From the IMG/VR virus record IMGVR_UViG_3300032675_000009, positions 19,314 to 83,313 of that record: a stretch of DNA of 64,000 nt; one strand, written 5' to 3'. Shown here piece after piece: positions 19,501-29,372 of this stretch. The position numbers were made by a program, and so were the translations under genes. The notes under the pieces are model-generated. The model did not search any database, was not told the DNA's origin, and was given only the letters and a program-made list of their open reading frames with translations. The first letter of the stretch is position 1. Each line of letters starts with the position of its first letter. The DNA comes from a virus.

Positions 19501-22402
19501 CGTCCTGCACTCCCTACAGATCTTCTTCAATCCACTGGCGCCTATTCAGCAGGGCCGCATTATGGATTGGTCCGATATCGGACATCCGTACGACAAGCGG
19601 CTGTATGAGGTGACGATCGAGTACAACACGTACGGGCAAAGCGGTGGCGTCCTGTTCGCGATTGACACGTTGAGTGGAATCAATGGAAACACCTACAACG
19701 CGGCGGTCCAGACCTTTACCCTGACAGGAAATCAGCGTAGCAAAATCACCATACCGATCGTCGACGGGACGATCGCCAAGATGGTTCGCCTTCGGAGCGT
19801 TGCCACTGGAGTGAACTACCAAGTGTTCAGCGTGTCTTGGCACAAAGAAAATTACCCGGCCGACACGACGCTCTTCACTGAGTACAGTGATGTTGGGTAT
19901 CCCTACCAGAAGTACGTTCAGCAGGTTGTGTTCGACGTTAACACCAACGGTGTTGCCATCCCGGTTGGAATCGATACGGATGGAACAATTGCTGAGACCT
20001 TGAGTGTCACGGCAACACTGGACACTCGCAAGCAAATATTCACGCTCAACCCAGCGCTCCCGGCGTTCAATATTCGCATTCTCATCAACCCGGCAAACAT
20101 ACCGGCCGGCGGCCAGTTTCAATTGTGGTCTGTAAATTACATCGTTCAACCGGTGAATAAAGGCCCAGTGGGACACTCATTCGGCTGGGACGACCTTGGT
20201 CACCTGTACGACAAGAAGCTTCAAACCGTGACATTCGAGTGGGAGAATGCCGGATCTGGAGTTGTGATCAACGTAGACACTTTATCGGGTATCAATGGGG
20301 GGACAGACACAACAGCCGCCATGACGTTCACGCTTACCGGGAATGGTCGATCAAAAAAAACCTTTCCGATTCCGGACGGAATGATCGTAAAAATGGTCAA
20401 GGTATACCCGGCCACCTCGTTGAGTTCGATGACTAATTTCAACATCTGGGGGTATCACTTCACGAAGATTGACTATCCACCAGACACTGTAAACTTCACG
20501 GACTGGGACGACTTCGGCTACGAGCATCTCAAAATCATTCAGGAGATCGCCTTTGATGTCGACACAAATGGAGTCTCTGCGTCTGTTCAAATTCTGTCGG
20601 ATCAGGGGCAGAGCCAAACCTTAACCGTGACGGCGACGAACTCGACTCGAGAACAGATCGTAACCTTAAACCCGGAAATTGTCGGGAAGAAGTTTCAGTT
20701 GCTAATTACACCCGGATCCGGCGGAAAGTTCCAACTCTTCGGATGGAAACCAAAATTTGAGAAGCAGGATCCCGGCCCCGTGTCTCACAGTTTTTCCTGG
20801 GATGACCTTGGACACATCTACGATAAGAAATTGATCACGGTAGCCTTTGAGTGGCAAAACGCCGGCTCGGGGGTGGTAATGCAAATGGACACGCTTACTG
20901 GGATCGGCGGGAACACTCAGAACACAGCAGTGCAGACGTTCACGCTGACTGGCAATGGGCGCGCCAAGGCCAACTTCCCGATCAGTAACGGCGTCATCGC
21001 CAAGATGGTAAGGGTTTATCCCCAGACGTCTTCAATTCCCTCAAACTTCGGAATCTGGGGATACAAATTCACAAAGATCGACTATCCGCCGGACACCGTG
21101 TATTTCACCGAATGGAACGATTTTGGCTATGAACACGAGAAGATCATCCAGGAAATCGCATTTGATGTGGACACGAATAATGTCGCTGCTGCGGTGGAGA
21201 TTGTTTCCGACGAGGGAACAACACAGACGGTCAACATCACGTCGACCAATGGAACACGCGATCAGATCGTAACCTTAAACCCGGAAATTGTCGGGAAGAA
21301 GTTTCAGTTGCTAATTACACCCGGATCCGGCGGAAAGTTCCAGTTGTTCGACTGGAAACCAAAGTTCATCAAAAACGACCCGGGGCCTGTCGAGCATTCC
21401 TTTTCCTGGGATGACCTCGGATGGCCTTACGACAAGCTACTGCAGACGGTGGTGATCGAGTATGACGTCAAGGGAAGCCCGGTGACCATGCACATGGACA
21501 CAATAACCGGCGATGGCACCGTTCAGAACATCAACGTCCAGCAGTTTCTACTCAAGGGCCCTACCGCAAGCGGAGCAGTAGGCAGAAGCAAGGTGTCGTT
21601 CCCGATCACCGCTGGTACGATCGCCAAAATGGTTCGGCTGTATCCGGTTTCGGACACGACCCTTTTCCAGATGTGGGGCTACAAGTTCACCAAGGTAGAC
21701 TACCCGCCGGACACCGTACTATCAACGGATTGGGAAGACCTTGGGTATGGATGCGACAAGGTATTCCGCGTCTTAACGATCGACGCTGACACTGGAGGTA
21801 TTCCAGCTACTGTAAACTTCCAGGTCGACGGGGTGACTCGGTATACGTTTACCATGACGACCACTTCGATTGACCGACAGAGGATTATCACGTTGCCGTC
21901 GAATCCGGGAGAAATCATGGGTAGAATGGCGCGCTTGGTATTCACGCCCGGGGCAGGTGGGAAGTTTCAGTTGTTCAGCAAGCAGTATCAAATCGTGCGC
22001 GAACCGTGTGCAGTCACCCAGATAGACACGTTGTCGATTGTTCTCGGACAGGCCGGTTGGAAGTTCATCAAGCAAATCTGGATGGAGTATGTATCTGCCG
22101 TTCCTGTCACGTTTTCTATTTTCACGGACAACAACCAAGTGTTTTACACCGCAACGCTTCCAGCCCAAACCTTTCGGGATGTCCAGCGCTTTTATCTCCC
22201 CAACATCAACGAGGCGAACGGTGTTGTCAATAAGTCAAAGCGCTATAGGTTCTTACTGGCGCCGATTGACGGAGTGACTCCTTTCAAGTTTTATTACGAT
22301 GGTAGTCGCATTGAGTACCGGGCGCTCGCAGGAGATCAACGAACGGCGTACCAGCAATTTGTTTTCTCTGAAACCCTAAGCCCAACCGGCAGCGGAACCT
22401 AA
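16559..22402 (+). CDS. Tail nozzle/packaged-DNA stabilisation protein (P22 gp10-like) with tandem C-terminal repeats
   Basis: Propeller-like core (SKSGNPESFP, IWYLSYDGIYAWSG) followed by four ~203-aa repeats (WDDLGH.YDKKL...YPPDT). Confidence 0.65.
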   Translation: MDTQKKTVVLSNHGVVLKKDPSQLQDGQYPQLLNVTSLQEESLSIRLGSRKYPNSASLGLIDSLAKLRIGSTDSANPRYAFCAGNLQRITGPYSSYTQVNAGISLGSGRTEAVQYNAGSSGDPYIFFANPGVMLKDNGAYAPLHPWGYFPPTIPVTLGLANPSLAGSEGLVVETTQAGGSARISGVTLSSVTEVNNNYYSFTPSSMNNILPGMLVFVGGVQVLIDGTNVSSFFGYMATTPSPGASITSFYDTVITKVGGGTVNPPVADGSAYYSQYNNAVDWSLSGTAANGYSSDDNVHVGINLSSITDVQMVQVLVFVNGSSTDYYEATLTLPQSQVAGAWFEVDTMKSTFVGVGLAGSGAYSWKNVTGVRVLVTSNNVSGTPTFTAYVGAIYAQGNQGPNSEVTGVSQPYNYLYTFRNPLTGAESNPCVPQVLSSYVSVQNQAVQVTVFGCGTANPGGQPDIQGFGSIAIYRAGGVFADGYYRFVGYSTNPGILGNNVPNSITFVDNQADAAIATNRLIAMDNYPPVVSNLPIPFAGTVASITLISSGSYAGLYQVYLQGYPGYGTTDPQLSTFFGPGSTISIGNGTNVEQCVVIVVGGTVGAGTNYVTVFLQESHYAGDQVTCDFRIGQPCDIALQVADNILLAGDPYNPHVVSLSKSGNPESFPVEVLATGIVNQMNVGSPSNPVYGLVEFNGEIVSLNQSSVYTFYLIQGQMTPPNASPANRGMFAKHCWCRVDNAIWYLSYDGIYAWSGGESAKVTEPINPIFTGQTINGYVPLDYTTFTSGTVAPFSMSYYENYVWVTYIGTDAKKYTMRYSTIYKRWEPIGIGSYGSGSSGYYISAMLTEQDTGRLIAGVYENSGPAAYLYQMESGTTDANDGGATDGIDIAWSVQTPNYTLGDPGVRKQFTDILVEVENVYENIQVSVYEDNSSTPTTETTITTGIRRVVPIPLNLDGSNYANGFEAYAVSFLFSGATANTIVLHSLQIFFNPLAPIQQGRIMDWSDIGHPYDKRLYEVTIEYNTYGQSGGVLFAIDTLSGINGNTYNAAVQTFTLTGNQRSKITIPIVDGTIAKMVRLRSVATGVNYQVFSVSWHKENYPADTTLFTEYSDVGYPYQKYVQQVVFDVNTNGVAIPVGIDTDGTIAETLSVTATLDTRKQIFTLNPALPAFNIRILINPANIPAGGQFQLWSVNYIVQPVNKGPVGHSFGWDDLGHLYDKKLQTVTFEWENAGSGVVINVDTLSGINGGTDTTAAMTFTLTGNGRSKKTFPIPDGMIVKMVKVYPATSLSSMTNFNIWGYHFTKIDYPPDTVNFTDWDDFGYEHLKIIQEIAFDVDTNGVSASVQILSDQGQSQTLTVTATNSTREQIVTLNPEIVGKKFQLLITPGSGGKFQLFGWKPKFEKQDPGPVSHSFSWDDLGHIYDKKLITVAFEWQNAGSGVVMQMDTLTGIGGNTQNTAVQTFTLTGNGRAKANFPISNGVIAKMVRVYPQTSSIPSNFGIWGYKFTKIDYPPDTVYFTEWNDFGYEHEKIIQEIAFDVDTNNVAAAVEIVSDEGTTQTVNITSTNGTRDQIVTLNPEIVGKKFQLLITPGSGGKFQLFDWKPKFIKNDPGPVEHSFSWDDLGWPYDKLLQTVVIEYDVKGSPVTMHMDTITGDGTVQNINVQQFLLKGPTASGAVGRSKVSFPITAGTIAKMVRLYPVSDTTLFQMWGYKFTKVDYPPDTVLSTDWEDLGYGCDKVFRVLTIDADTGGIPATVNFQVDGVTRYTFTMTTTSIDRQRIITLPSNPGEIMGRMARLVFTPGAGGKFQLFSKQYQIVREPCAVTQIDTLSIVLGQAGWKFIKQIWMEYVSAVPVTFSIFTDNNQVFYTATLPAQTFRDVQRFYLPNINEANGVVNKSKRYRFLLAPIDGVTPFKFYYDGSRIEYRALAGDQRTAYQQFVFSETLSPTGSGT
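20654..21342 (+). repeat. Exact 80-bp direct repeat (20654-20733 and 21263-21342)
   Basis: Identical copies 609 bp apart within the nozzle repeats. Confidence 0.85.
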
Positions 22403-22403
22403 T

Positions 22404-24239
22404 ATGACGACGACTCCAAATCCTGCCCCTGGGTCAGTGCCGTCTGTTTCGAATGGTGCGGTAAATCTTCCGACTGTAACGTCGGCAGATATTCAGGATC
22501 CGAATCTAACTCGGCTGAATCGGGTTTTCAAGCTCATTGGAAACCTGCTAACCAATGTGACCGGCGGTAATGGGCCATTCACGTTCCTGTCAAACATTTC
22601 GGCGCCTTCGATATATAGCACCTTGGGAGATCCTTCGGCAACGCCAAGTGCTAATCAGTTCCTGACATTGGCGGCGGCTGAAAAAATATTTGGCGAGGGG
22701 TCGCAGGGCCCAGCCGGGCCGCCTGGTGCAATCGTAAGCACCGTTGAAATCGAAAGTCGAAAAGGGATAACCCTAACGGGCGCGACGCCAGCGGAGGTGG
22801 CTATTCTCCTGGGAGAGCGACCCTCGCTAAATTCATTCAATGGAGTTGGAGATGGGGCTACGGATAACCGAAACGCGCTTCAGTCTCTAATCAACGCCGT
22901 TAGTGCGATAGGCGGGGGAACAGTCAATATACCAGCCGGCAATTACCTATTGTCAAACTACGTGCTGGTCCCCGGAAATGTGTGGATCGTTGGTTTCGGC
23001 GTGGCGTCACAATTGACGCGGGGCGGCGCGATTACGTCCGGATTCGGACTCCTCACGGTGCAGGCCGGATCCAGTAATGTCCTTTTCAGTAATTTTTTGA
23101 TCGAAGGATCAACCCCAACGCCGACAACGGTTAACTATTCGTCGGTTGTATCTCCCGAGCAGGCGAACTTCATTGCGAATACCTCGATCTGGATACAGCC
23201 TGGCGTGAGTGGATTCATGATGAATTCGGTCACGATACAGCACACCGGTGGATATTCGTGTTTCATTGATGTCCGCACCGCGACAAGTTCCAATTTCAAG
23301 TTCAACCAGTGTTACTTTACCAATAATCGGCCGTTTCTATTCACGGACGGGACCTACACCACCGGTGGATGGCCCGGCGGGATCTACGTGTCCGGGGTGT
23401 GCTCCTCGGGGGCGCCGTACTATCTCAATGGCCTACGTGCAACGGATTGTCACTGGAGTAGAAACGCCGGAACATGCCTGTGGTCGCATTCAAATGATTT
23501 CTATGTTCAGCACCTTCTCTTCCGTGTGAGTGGTTGCACGTTCGAGGACTGCGGGCTCGACGGCGTTCTCTTTGGCAATGTGGCCGGCGGCGGCGTGAGA
23601 GATTGCGATTTTCACCGGATCGGCTACACAACCACTTCGGACACATCGACACCGACGCCCGGATACATCCCCGGCAAGTACGCGGTGGCGATCGACACGG
23701 CTGGCTATGCGACAAACATCTGTCACTCCAACAACACGATGATGTCGATCAACGGCGGGGGATACGACCTAGACGGCATGCGGAATAGCGTTATCCAGGG
23801 CGGCAGTATGTACATTCCGTACCCAACCGATCCACTATACGGGACAGACAGCGTGTCCGAATTCGGATATTTGGTTCTTGGGGTTCAGACACAAGTAACC
23901 AAAGGAATCAACTTCGGGAACACCAATCAAAACGGGGCAGCTAACGGAATCAGCATTCAGGGAGTGCTCATCAACAACATGGGCGAGACTGCGGTTTCCA
24001 TGAGTTACGCAAAGTATTGCGTTGTTCAGGGTTGCAATATTACACATCCGGCAACGGCTCAGACGACACCGGTCGTCTACAACGGAACTACCGGTGGCTC
24101 CCCGGCGGACGAATTTTATTGCTACCTGAACACCGTCACCGGAAACACATTCAACTACGCCGGCGGAAATTTTTGCGTCTCGGAACAAGGTGGCGAGTGT
24201 TCCGGCAATAACACGTACGGGAATATCATAATCGTATGA
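22404..24239 (+). CDS. Tailspike with right-handed beta-helix (Pectate_lyase_3-like)
   Basis: GVGDGATDNRNALQ..GGGTVNIPAGNY motif and parallel beta-helix repeats. Confidence 0.8.
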   Translation: MTTTPNPAPGSVPSVSNGAVNLPTVTSADIQDPNLTRLNRVFKLIGNLLTNVTGGNGPFTFLSNISAPSIYSTLGDPSATPSANQFLTLAAAEKIFGEGSQGPAGPPGAIVSTVEIESRKGITLTGATPAEVAILLGERPSLNSFNGVGDGATDNRNALQSLINAVSAIGGGTVNIPAGNYLLSNYVLVPGNVWIVGFGVASQLTRGGAITSGFGLLTVQAGSSNVLFSNFLIEGSTPTPTTVNYSSVVSPEQANFIANTSIWIQPGVSGFMMNSVTIQHTGGYSCFIDVRTATSSNFKFNQCYFTNNRPFLFTDGTYTTGGWPGGIYVSGVCSSGAPYYLNGLRATDCHWSRNAGTCLWSHSNDFYVQHLLFRVSGCTFEDCGLDGVLFGNVAGGGVRDCDFHRIGYTTTSDTSTPTPGYIPGKYAVAIDTAGYATNICHSNNTMMSINGGGYDLDGMRNSVIQGGSMYIPYPTDPLYGTDSVSEFGYLVLGVQTQVTKGINFGNTNQNGAANGISIQGVLINNMGETAVSMSYAKYCVVQGCNITHPATAQTTPVVYNGTTGGSPADEFYCYLNTVTGNTFNYAGGNFCVSEQGGECSGNNTYGNIIIV

Positions 24240-25678
24240 GCTACGGAGAAATCATAAACGAGTCGGGCTCTGGAAGCTTAAGTACCAGGGTGTACAGTAG
24301 TTTGTCTCCGGGCATCACCGGCGGGCGCCAGCAAATCAATGTTCAGTGCGAGGGGTATGGATCCACGGCGGCGCTCAAGTGGTACAACGTCACCGCGTCT
24401 GGATCTCAACAAATACTTTCACTGGCGGTGGCCGGCGCCAACGGGGGTCCGCTACTCAACGTCAGCGCGGGCGGAGCGGCTGGCACCGGTGCGTTTTCAA
24501 CCGGGAATTTTTCTAGCATTGGAATAGCCAACTCTGTCACCACTCAGCGCTTATTCAGTATTGGGGGATTCATCGCGGCCGAAAATACTGGAACAACCGA
24601 TAGTGCGGCCGCGAACAGTCTCGAGGGGGCAAGCCACAATCCTGCCACGTATGGCCTATTGCAGTACACGGCCGGCGTGTGGCAGCAAAGCGTGGCGACT
24701 GATAGTTCGGCTCATCGCATCTGGACGACGCTTGGAGGAGGGGGCTCATCCGGGGCGGTTGATCTAGTGCAACTCAGCGATGGAAGTGGAGGGTTCACAT
24801 CGTCAGTGAATCTGTTTTTCACTCCAGCATCTCAATTGCTGACGGTTGATGGGATAACGGCAACCGCCGGCATCTACGCAAGCAACTGCTTCATTCAGGC
24901 CGACCAAGGTTTTTACACTACCTCGTCATCCTCTACCGCGATTAATGTGCCTTCTGGCGGAGTAACTGCGCTGTCTCTGATTTCGATACGAAACGACGGA
25001 AGCCCCGGGTTGACAGTTTATGGCAATAGTTCGGCGGCCGTGTCTCTGAATATTCAGAACATTGTGAGCGGGGGGCGGTCGTGGATTCTGGGCACGGCGG
25101 GCACAAGCGGAGTCGCAGCGGTTGGCGACTTGTTCTTGTACGACGCAACAGCCGGGCTCACTCGACTCACGATGGATTCCACGGGCCTTTTGACTGTTGG
25201 AAACTTGACGGCACAGGGAATTACGTGCCAAGGCGTGTCGGCTAAAACGTACACAATCGGAGCCGCTGAGTATGCTTGGTGGAACGGAAGCGGCTATATC
25301 TACGCAGCAAACTCGACGACGAGCGGGAGTCCCTCATCTGTGACGATCAGTGGTGGTATCACCACGGCCATCACTTACGTGTCAGACGCGACCATGAAAA
25401 CCATTCTTTCCCGCCCTCGGTATGGCCTCAAGGATTTGGTCGGCCTGCAGGTGGCGGAGTATGTCTGGAATGATCAATCGCGCGCGCTGTACGGAAACCT
25501 TGGGACCGAGAGAACCATAGGATTTATTGCTCAAGACGTCAAGGATCGGATGCCTGACGCGTGCTTCCTTGATCAGTTCGGAAAAATCGGATTTCACAAA
25601 GACGCCATTCTCGGGGCGCTGGTTAATGCGGTTAATGAATTGAAGCGGGAAATAGGTAAACTGAAAGGGCAAATATGA
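24236..25678 (+). CDS. Tail fibre with C-terminal intramolecular chaperone (Peptidase_S74)
   Basis: SDATMK...IGFIAQDV...LVNAVNEL. Confidence 0.8.
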   Translation: MSYGEIINESGSGSLSTRVYSSLSPGITGGRQQINVQCEGYGSTAALKWYNVTASGSQQILSLAVAGANGGPLLNVSAGGAAGTGAFSTGNFSSIGIANSVTTQRLFSIGGFIAAENTGTTDSAAANSLEGASHNPATYGLLQYTAGVWQQSVATDSSAHRIWTTLGGGGSSGAVDLVQLSDGSGGFTSSVNLFFTPASQLLTVDGITATAGIYASNCFIQADQGFYTTSSSSTAINVPSGGVTALSLISIRNDGSPGLTVYGNSSAAVSLNIQNIVSGGRSWILGTAGTSGVAAVGDLFLYDATAGLTRLTMDSTGLLTVGNLTAQGITCQGVSAKTYTIGAAEYAWWNGSGYIYAANSTTSGSPSSVTISGGITTAITYVSDATMKTILSRPRYGLKDLVGLQVAEYVWNDQSRALYGNLGTERTIGFIAQDVKDRMPDACFLDQFGKIGFHKDAILGALVNAVNELKREIGKLKGQI

Positions 25679-26064
25679 AAAAGCCGGGACTGGTCGACGG
25701 AAAGTCCGCATTGAAAATTGGTCCATTAGGCTGTATCAACCTCATGGAGCTATTGACATTCAAGGGGCCGGCTTCCGAAAAGCAAGTCAGGCTTGACCTG
25801 CACGGATATTTCTCCAAGGAATTGAGGTCGTTCGGGGGGCGGATTGAATACGTCGAAAAGGATGGCAGTATTGGAATCAACTCGGTACTGGCAAAAAAAA
25901 TTGGCGAGGAGTCGGCGTCAATCCCCCTGTCCGGTAACGAATGGGCCGTTCTGAAATCGGTGATGTTGATGCCGGATCGGCCGGTCGGTATTTTTGAAAC
26001 GTGGGATGATCATGTCTTGGCTCAAATCAAAGCTCGCGAAAACTCTCCGGCTCCGACTGCTTAG
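25675..26064 (+). CDS. Hypothetical protein
   Basis: Overlaps the previous stop codon. Confidence 0.6.
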   Translation: MKKPGLVDGKSALKIGPLGCINLMELLTFKGPASEKQVRLDLHGYFSKELRSFGGRIEYVEKDGSIGINSVLAKKIGEESASIPLSGNEWAVLKSVMLMPDRPVGIFETWDDHVLAQIKARENSPAPTA

Positions 26065-26137
26065 GGCGTCGTGGTCTATTCACGACAACTGGCGAGACTG
26101 GTGCGGCCGGTAATGCTTTAGAATAGATGGCGAAGCT

Positions 26138-26725
26138 ATGACCGGACAGACCATAAACTCGCTCGGGGGAACGCTGTTCATCATTAAACGGCCTCCGCAG
26201 GAAGCACTGGCTACAGTCTACATACGACTGAAGCAAGAAGGCCAGCTCGAGCGCGTATGGTATAGCCGGCCAACTAGCTTACTTGACGTCCTGCAGTGGG
26301 CGGCCCTCCCCAACAATATTACCTACGCCGGCTGTTTTCAGAAGACCGGTTCGGACCAAGTAGAATTGTGCGGCATTGGCTGGATCAACGAGGTGACCGC
26401 ACTGGGCGTTGGTAAGTATCGGGGTGAGGTCGGCATGGCATTTCTTCGGGAATGGCAGTACGACAATATTCCATTGGAATTGTGCTCGATGATGATCGAG
26501 GACGGGTTTACTCACGAGGGCCTGGATGTGGTGTTCGGGACCACACCGGTGAAGAATCCGGCGGCGATTCGATTTGTAAAGAAGATTGGGTTTCGCGAGG
26601 TGGGGACTGCACCGCGCTTTGTTTCCTGGAAGGGCGAACCGTGCGACGCGTTGATATCATGCGTCACAAAAGAAGAATGGTTCGGTCAACGTGCATGTCC
26701 GGATTCGGACATGGAGGCGGCATAG
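26138..26725 (+). CDS. GNAT-family acetyltransferase-like protein
   Basis: VFGTTPVKNPAAIRFVKKIGF motif B. Confidence 0.8.
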   Translation: MTGQTINSLGGTLFIIKRPPQEALATVYIRLKQEGQLERVWYSRPTSLLDVLQWAALPNNITYAGCFQKTGSDQVELCGIGWINEVTALGVGKYRGEVGMAFLREWQYDNIPLELCSMMIEDGFTHEGLDVVFGTTPVKNPAAIRFVKKIGFREVGTAPRFVSWKGEPCDALISCVTKEEWFGQRACPDSDMEAA

Positions 26726-26726
26726 C

Positions 26727-27524
26727 ATGGGTGGTCCAAGTCAAGCACAGACGCAGCAGCAAAATATCGCGGCACAGCAGAATCAAGAAGGTCTTGCCCT
26801 CGAACAGCAGTCGCTCAATCTTCAGCAGCAGGGCTTGAACGAAGAGCAGCCGGCCATTAACTATTACACGGCGCTTACCAGCGGGAATCCGAACTTGGCG
26901 CTGTCTGCCGCCGCGCCACAGGTATCGCAGATTTCTAAGTCGGCCAACACCGCGCAGCAGCAGATCGCTGATACGATCGCGCCTGGCGCCGCGCAGCAGA
27001 TCGCGCAGGGGCAGGTCATCCAGGGCGCCAATACCCAACTGGCGAACACGCTGAACACGACCGAGACATCGGCGTTCGACAAGCTGGCGAACTTGGGCGC
27101 GGGCATCGGCGCGTTCTCATTGCAGGACTTGGGCGCCGGCCTCGGTTCGGTGCAAAGTTCCGCGAGCAACTATGGGCAGGTGAGCCAAGAGCAGAACGCA
27201 CAGAAGGCGAGCACACTTGGCCTACTCGGTGGATTGGCTGGAACTGGAGCATCGTTCTTCCCTACCTATTCTGATCGTCGATTGAAAGGAAATGTTGTGT
27301 TTATCGGCCGGATCGGGCCGGTCAACATCTACGAGTTCAAATTCATCGGCCAGTCGCACCGGGAGATTGGCGTCATCGCGCAAGAGGTTCACGCGATCTA
27401 TCCGCAGGTGGTACATGTTGGCGGCGAGGATCCGGCCGTTGATCCTTGGACGGTTGACTACTGGGCGCTCAAGCGAATCATTGGGCAGTTCTACTCGGGG
27501 CGCGTGTTCGGGAAGGCGGCGTAG
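26727..27524 (+). CDS. DNA ejection/pilot protein with Peptidase_S74 domain
   Basis: MGG start, Q/A-rich body, SDRRLK...IGVIAQEV...VDY. Confidence 0.7.
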   Translation: MGGPSQAQTQQQNIAAQQNQEGLALEQQSLNLQQQGLNEEQPAINYYTALTSGNPNLALSAAAPQVSQISKSANTAQQQIADTIAPGAAQQIAQGQVIQGANTQLANTLNTTETSAFDKLANLGAGIGAFSLQDLGAGLGSVQSSASNYGQVSQEQNAQKASTLGLLGGLAGTGASFFPTYSDRRLKGNVVFIGRIGPVNIYEFKFIGQSHREIGVIAQEVHAIYPQVVHVGGEDPAVDPWTVDYWALKRIIGQFYSGRVFGKAA

Positions 27525-27527
27525 GCC

Positions 27528-29360
27528 ATGGGATCCCCGAACAACAGTTTGTATCAGGGACCGTTCAGCGCTCAGTTGGCGCCGATCGTTCCGGAGACGC
27601 CACGGCTGAACCCAAACACGCCTCCGACGAAAGCGGGCGGCGCGTTTTTTCTGGCATCGAAGTTCCTCGAGGGTGCGGCGCAGGCCAAGGCTCGGTCTTT
27701 TGCTCAAAAGGAACAAAAGAAGCAGGAGTATGTAGACAACCTGAATCGAAAAGTTCAAGAGGTGATGTCTGATCCGAAGTACACCGATGAACAAAAGCAT
27801 GCTTATATCCAGGCGGCGAATAATGCAATCGGTCCGCACATCAACGAAACCTTAAAAAAATCGGACAGTAAAAAAAATCCGGTCCTGGGGGCGGCCAAAA
27901 GTCTTTGGGATGGATTGACGGGCGGTAAGTACGAATCGACCAAGCCCGACCCCCAGAGTATTCAAGACTTCATGGCGGGAGCCGGGGAAAATATTCTTCG
28001 TGATCCGAAGGGGCTAAAAGCTACCTACGCGTCTCAATTGACTGGAACGTTCGATCAGGTTTTAGCTGCCCAGCCTCCGGGCACGCCGGTGACATTCGAG
28101 ACGCTAAGGAATCACCCGGATGTCATTAGGGCGATTAACGCAACGCGGCCGTACTTGGGAGACCAAGGCGTTAATGACATCGTAAGCACGTACACCGGAG
28201 CAAGGCAGAAAGAGCCGGCTCCAGGGAGCGTTGAAGCAATCCGTGCTGGCATGCAAAAAAAATACGGCCAGCCACAAACAGTTCCGCCTCCCGGGGCTCC
28301 GGGATCAACAGCACAGCAGCAAAACGCCTTACCCCCACTGGCTCCTGGATCCGCTCCAATACCAACTGCAGAGCCGCCGCTACCACGCAGTTCTACGGCA
28401 ACTCAGCGTCCGGCTGTTTCCGATCAACAAATCCTTGCCGACATGACTGAGGCCGGATGGGCATCAAAGCCCACTTCGGGAATATCGAACGGAAAAGATG
28501 TCAATGCTGTCTACGTGAATAACCCCCTGGACTCCTCGCTTAACGGATATCGCGATGCCAACACCGGTAAGCTGCTGCCAAACTTTTCTCCTGTTCCCAA
28601 GGCCGGCGAAGAGCCGAAGTATGAAAAGGGAGAGCAGACAGAAATCAATGGCAAGGTGTATCAAGTCTACGTCAATCCCAGAAATCCCAAGGAATCGTAT
28701 GTGGACATGGATCATCCGGTCTACAAGGCGCCCAAGGCGACAAAGGGCGGTGGCGGTGGTGGAGAAAAACCGTTAACGCCGGCGCAGAAGCTGAACATCA
28801 CGAATAGCTACAAGGCAGCCTTGACGCGTAATCAGCAGCAGGCGGACGCGGCCGTAGCAAACTACTGGGCCCAGCTAAACAACGACAAAAATCCGCTGTC
28901 CATCAAGTTTACCGCCCAAAACAAAAACAATAACGAAGAGACACTTCAAATGCGCCAGCAGGAACTGGAGCGCTACAAGCGAGATGAGGTGTACGGGCCG
29001 AACGGGATTAAGGCGCGCGCCGATAAGCAGGCCCAGCAGGAGTACTACCAAAGCATCGCAGCGGTCAATCCTAATTTTGTCATCCCCGAGGAAACGACGG
29101 AGCCGCCAAAGCCTCGAGTAAACAAGGAAGCGTCGATCGGCAAGCAGGCGCCGGGTGAGGTAAAAGCGTCGACAGAAGCGCCGCCGACCGCAAAAGGAAT
29201 CGTGCCATCATCTGATCCAAGGCGCGCCGCCCTTAAGGCAAAAACTCCCAACATGGAAGCCCCGGATGACATTCTAAGGAAATACATCATCTTGGCCAGG
29301 CAACACGGTGGCGATTACACTGAAGCGGTGAAGATGATGCAGCAAGACGGATACAGATAG
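27528..29360 (+). CDS. Probable internal virion (ejection) protein
   Basis: Low complexity, synteny with podovirus ejectosome genes. Confidence 0.55.
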   Translation: MGSPNNSLYQGPFSAQLAPIVPETPRLNPNTPPTKAGGAFFLASKFLEGAAQAKARSFAQKEQKKQEYVDNLNRKVQEVMSDPKYTDEQKHAYIQAANNAIGPHINETLKKSDSKKNPVLGAAKSLWDGLTGGKYESTKPDPQSIQDFMAGAGENILRDPKGLKATYASQLTGTFDQVLAAQPPGTPVTFETLRNHPDVIRAINATRPYLGDQGVNDIVSTYTGARQKEPAPGSVEAIRAGMQKKYGQPQTVPPPGAPGSTAQQQNALPPLAPGSAPIPTAEPPLPRSSTATQRPAVSDQQILADMTEAGWASKPTSGISNGKDVNAVYVNNPLDSSLNGYRDANTGKLLPNFSPVPKAGEEPKYEKGEQTEINGKVYQVYVNPRNPKESYVDMDHPVYKAPKATKGGGGGGEKPLTPAQKLNITNSYKAALTRNQQQADAAVANYWAQLNNDKNPLSIKFTAQNKNNNEETLQMRQQELERYKRDEVYGPNGIKARADKQAQQEYYQSIAAVNPNFVIPEETTEPPKPRVNKEASIGKQAPGEVKASTEAPPTAKGIVPSSDPRRAALKAKTPNMEAPDDILRKYIILARQHGGDYTEAVKMMQQDGYR

Positions 29361-29372
29361 AGGACCTAACTC

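Noticed and set aside
20654-21342. Possible DGR template/variable repeat pair
   Set aside because: Copies are identical with no adenine-specific mismatches, both lie in frame in one gene, and no reverse transcriptase is present in the window.
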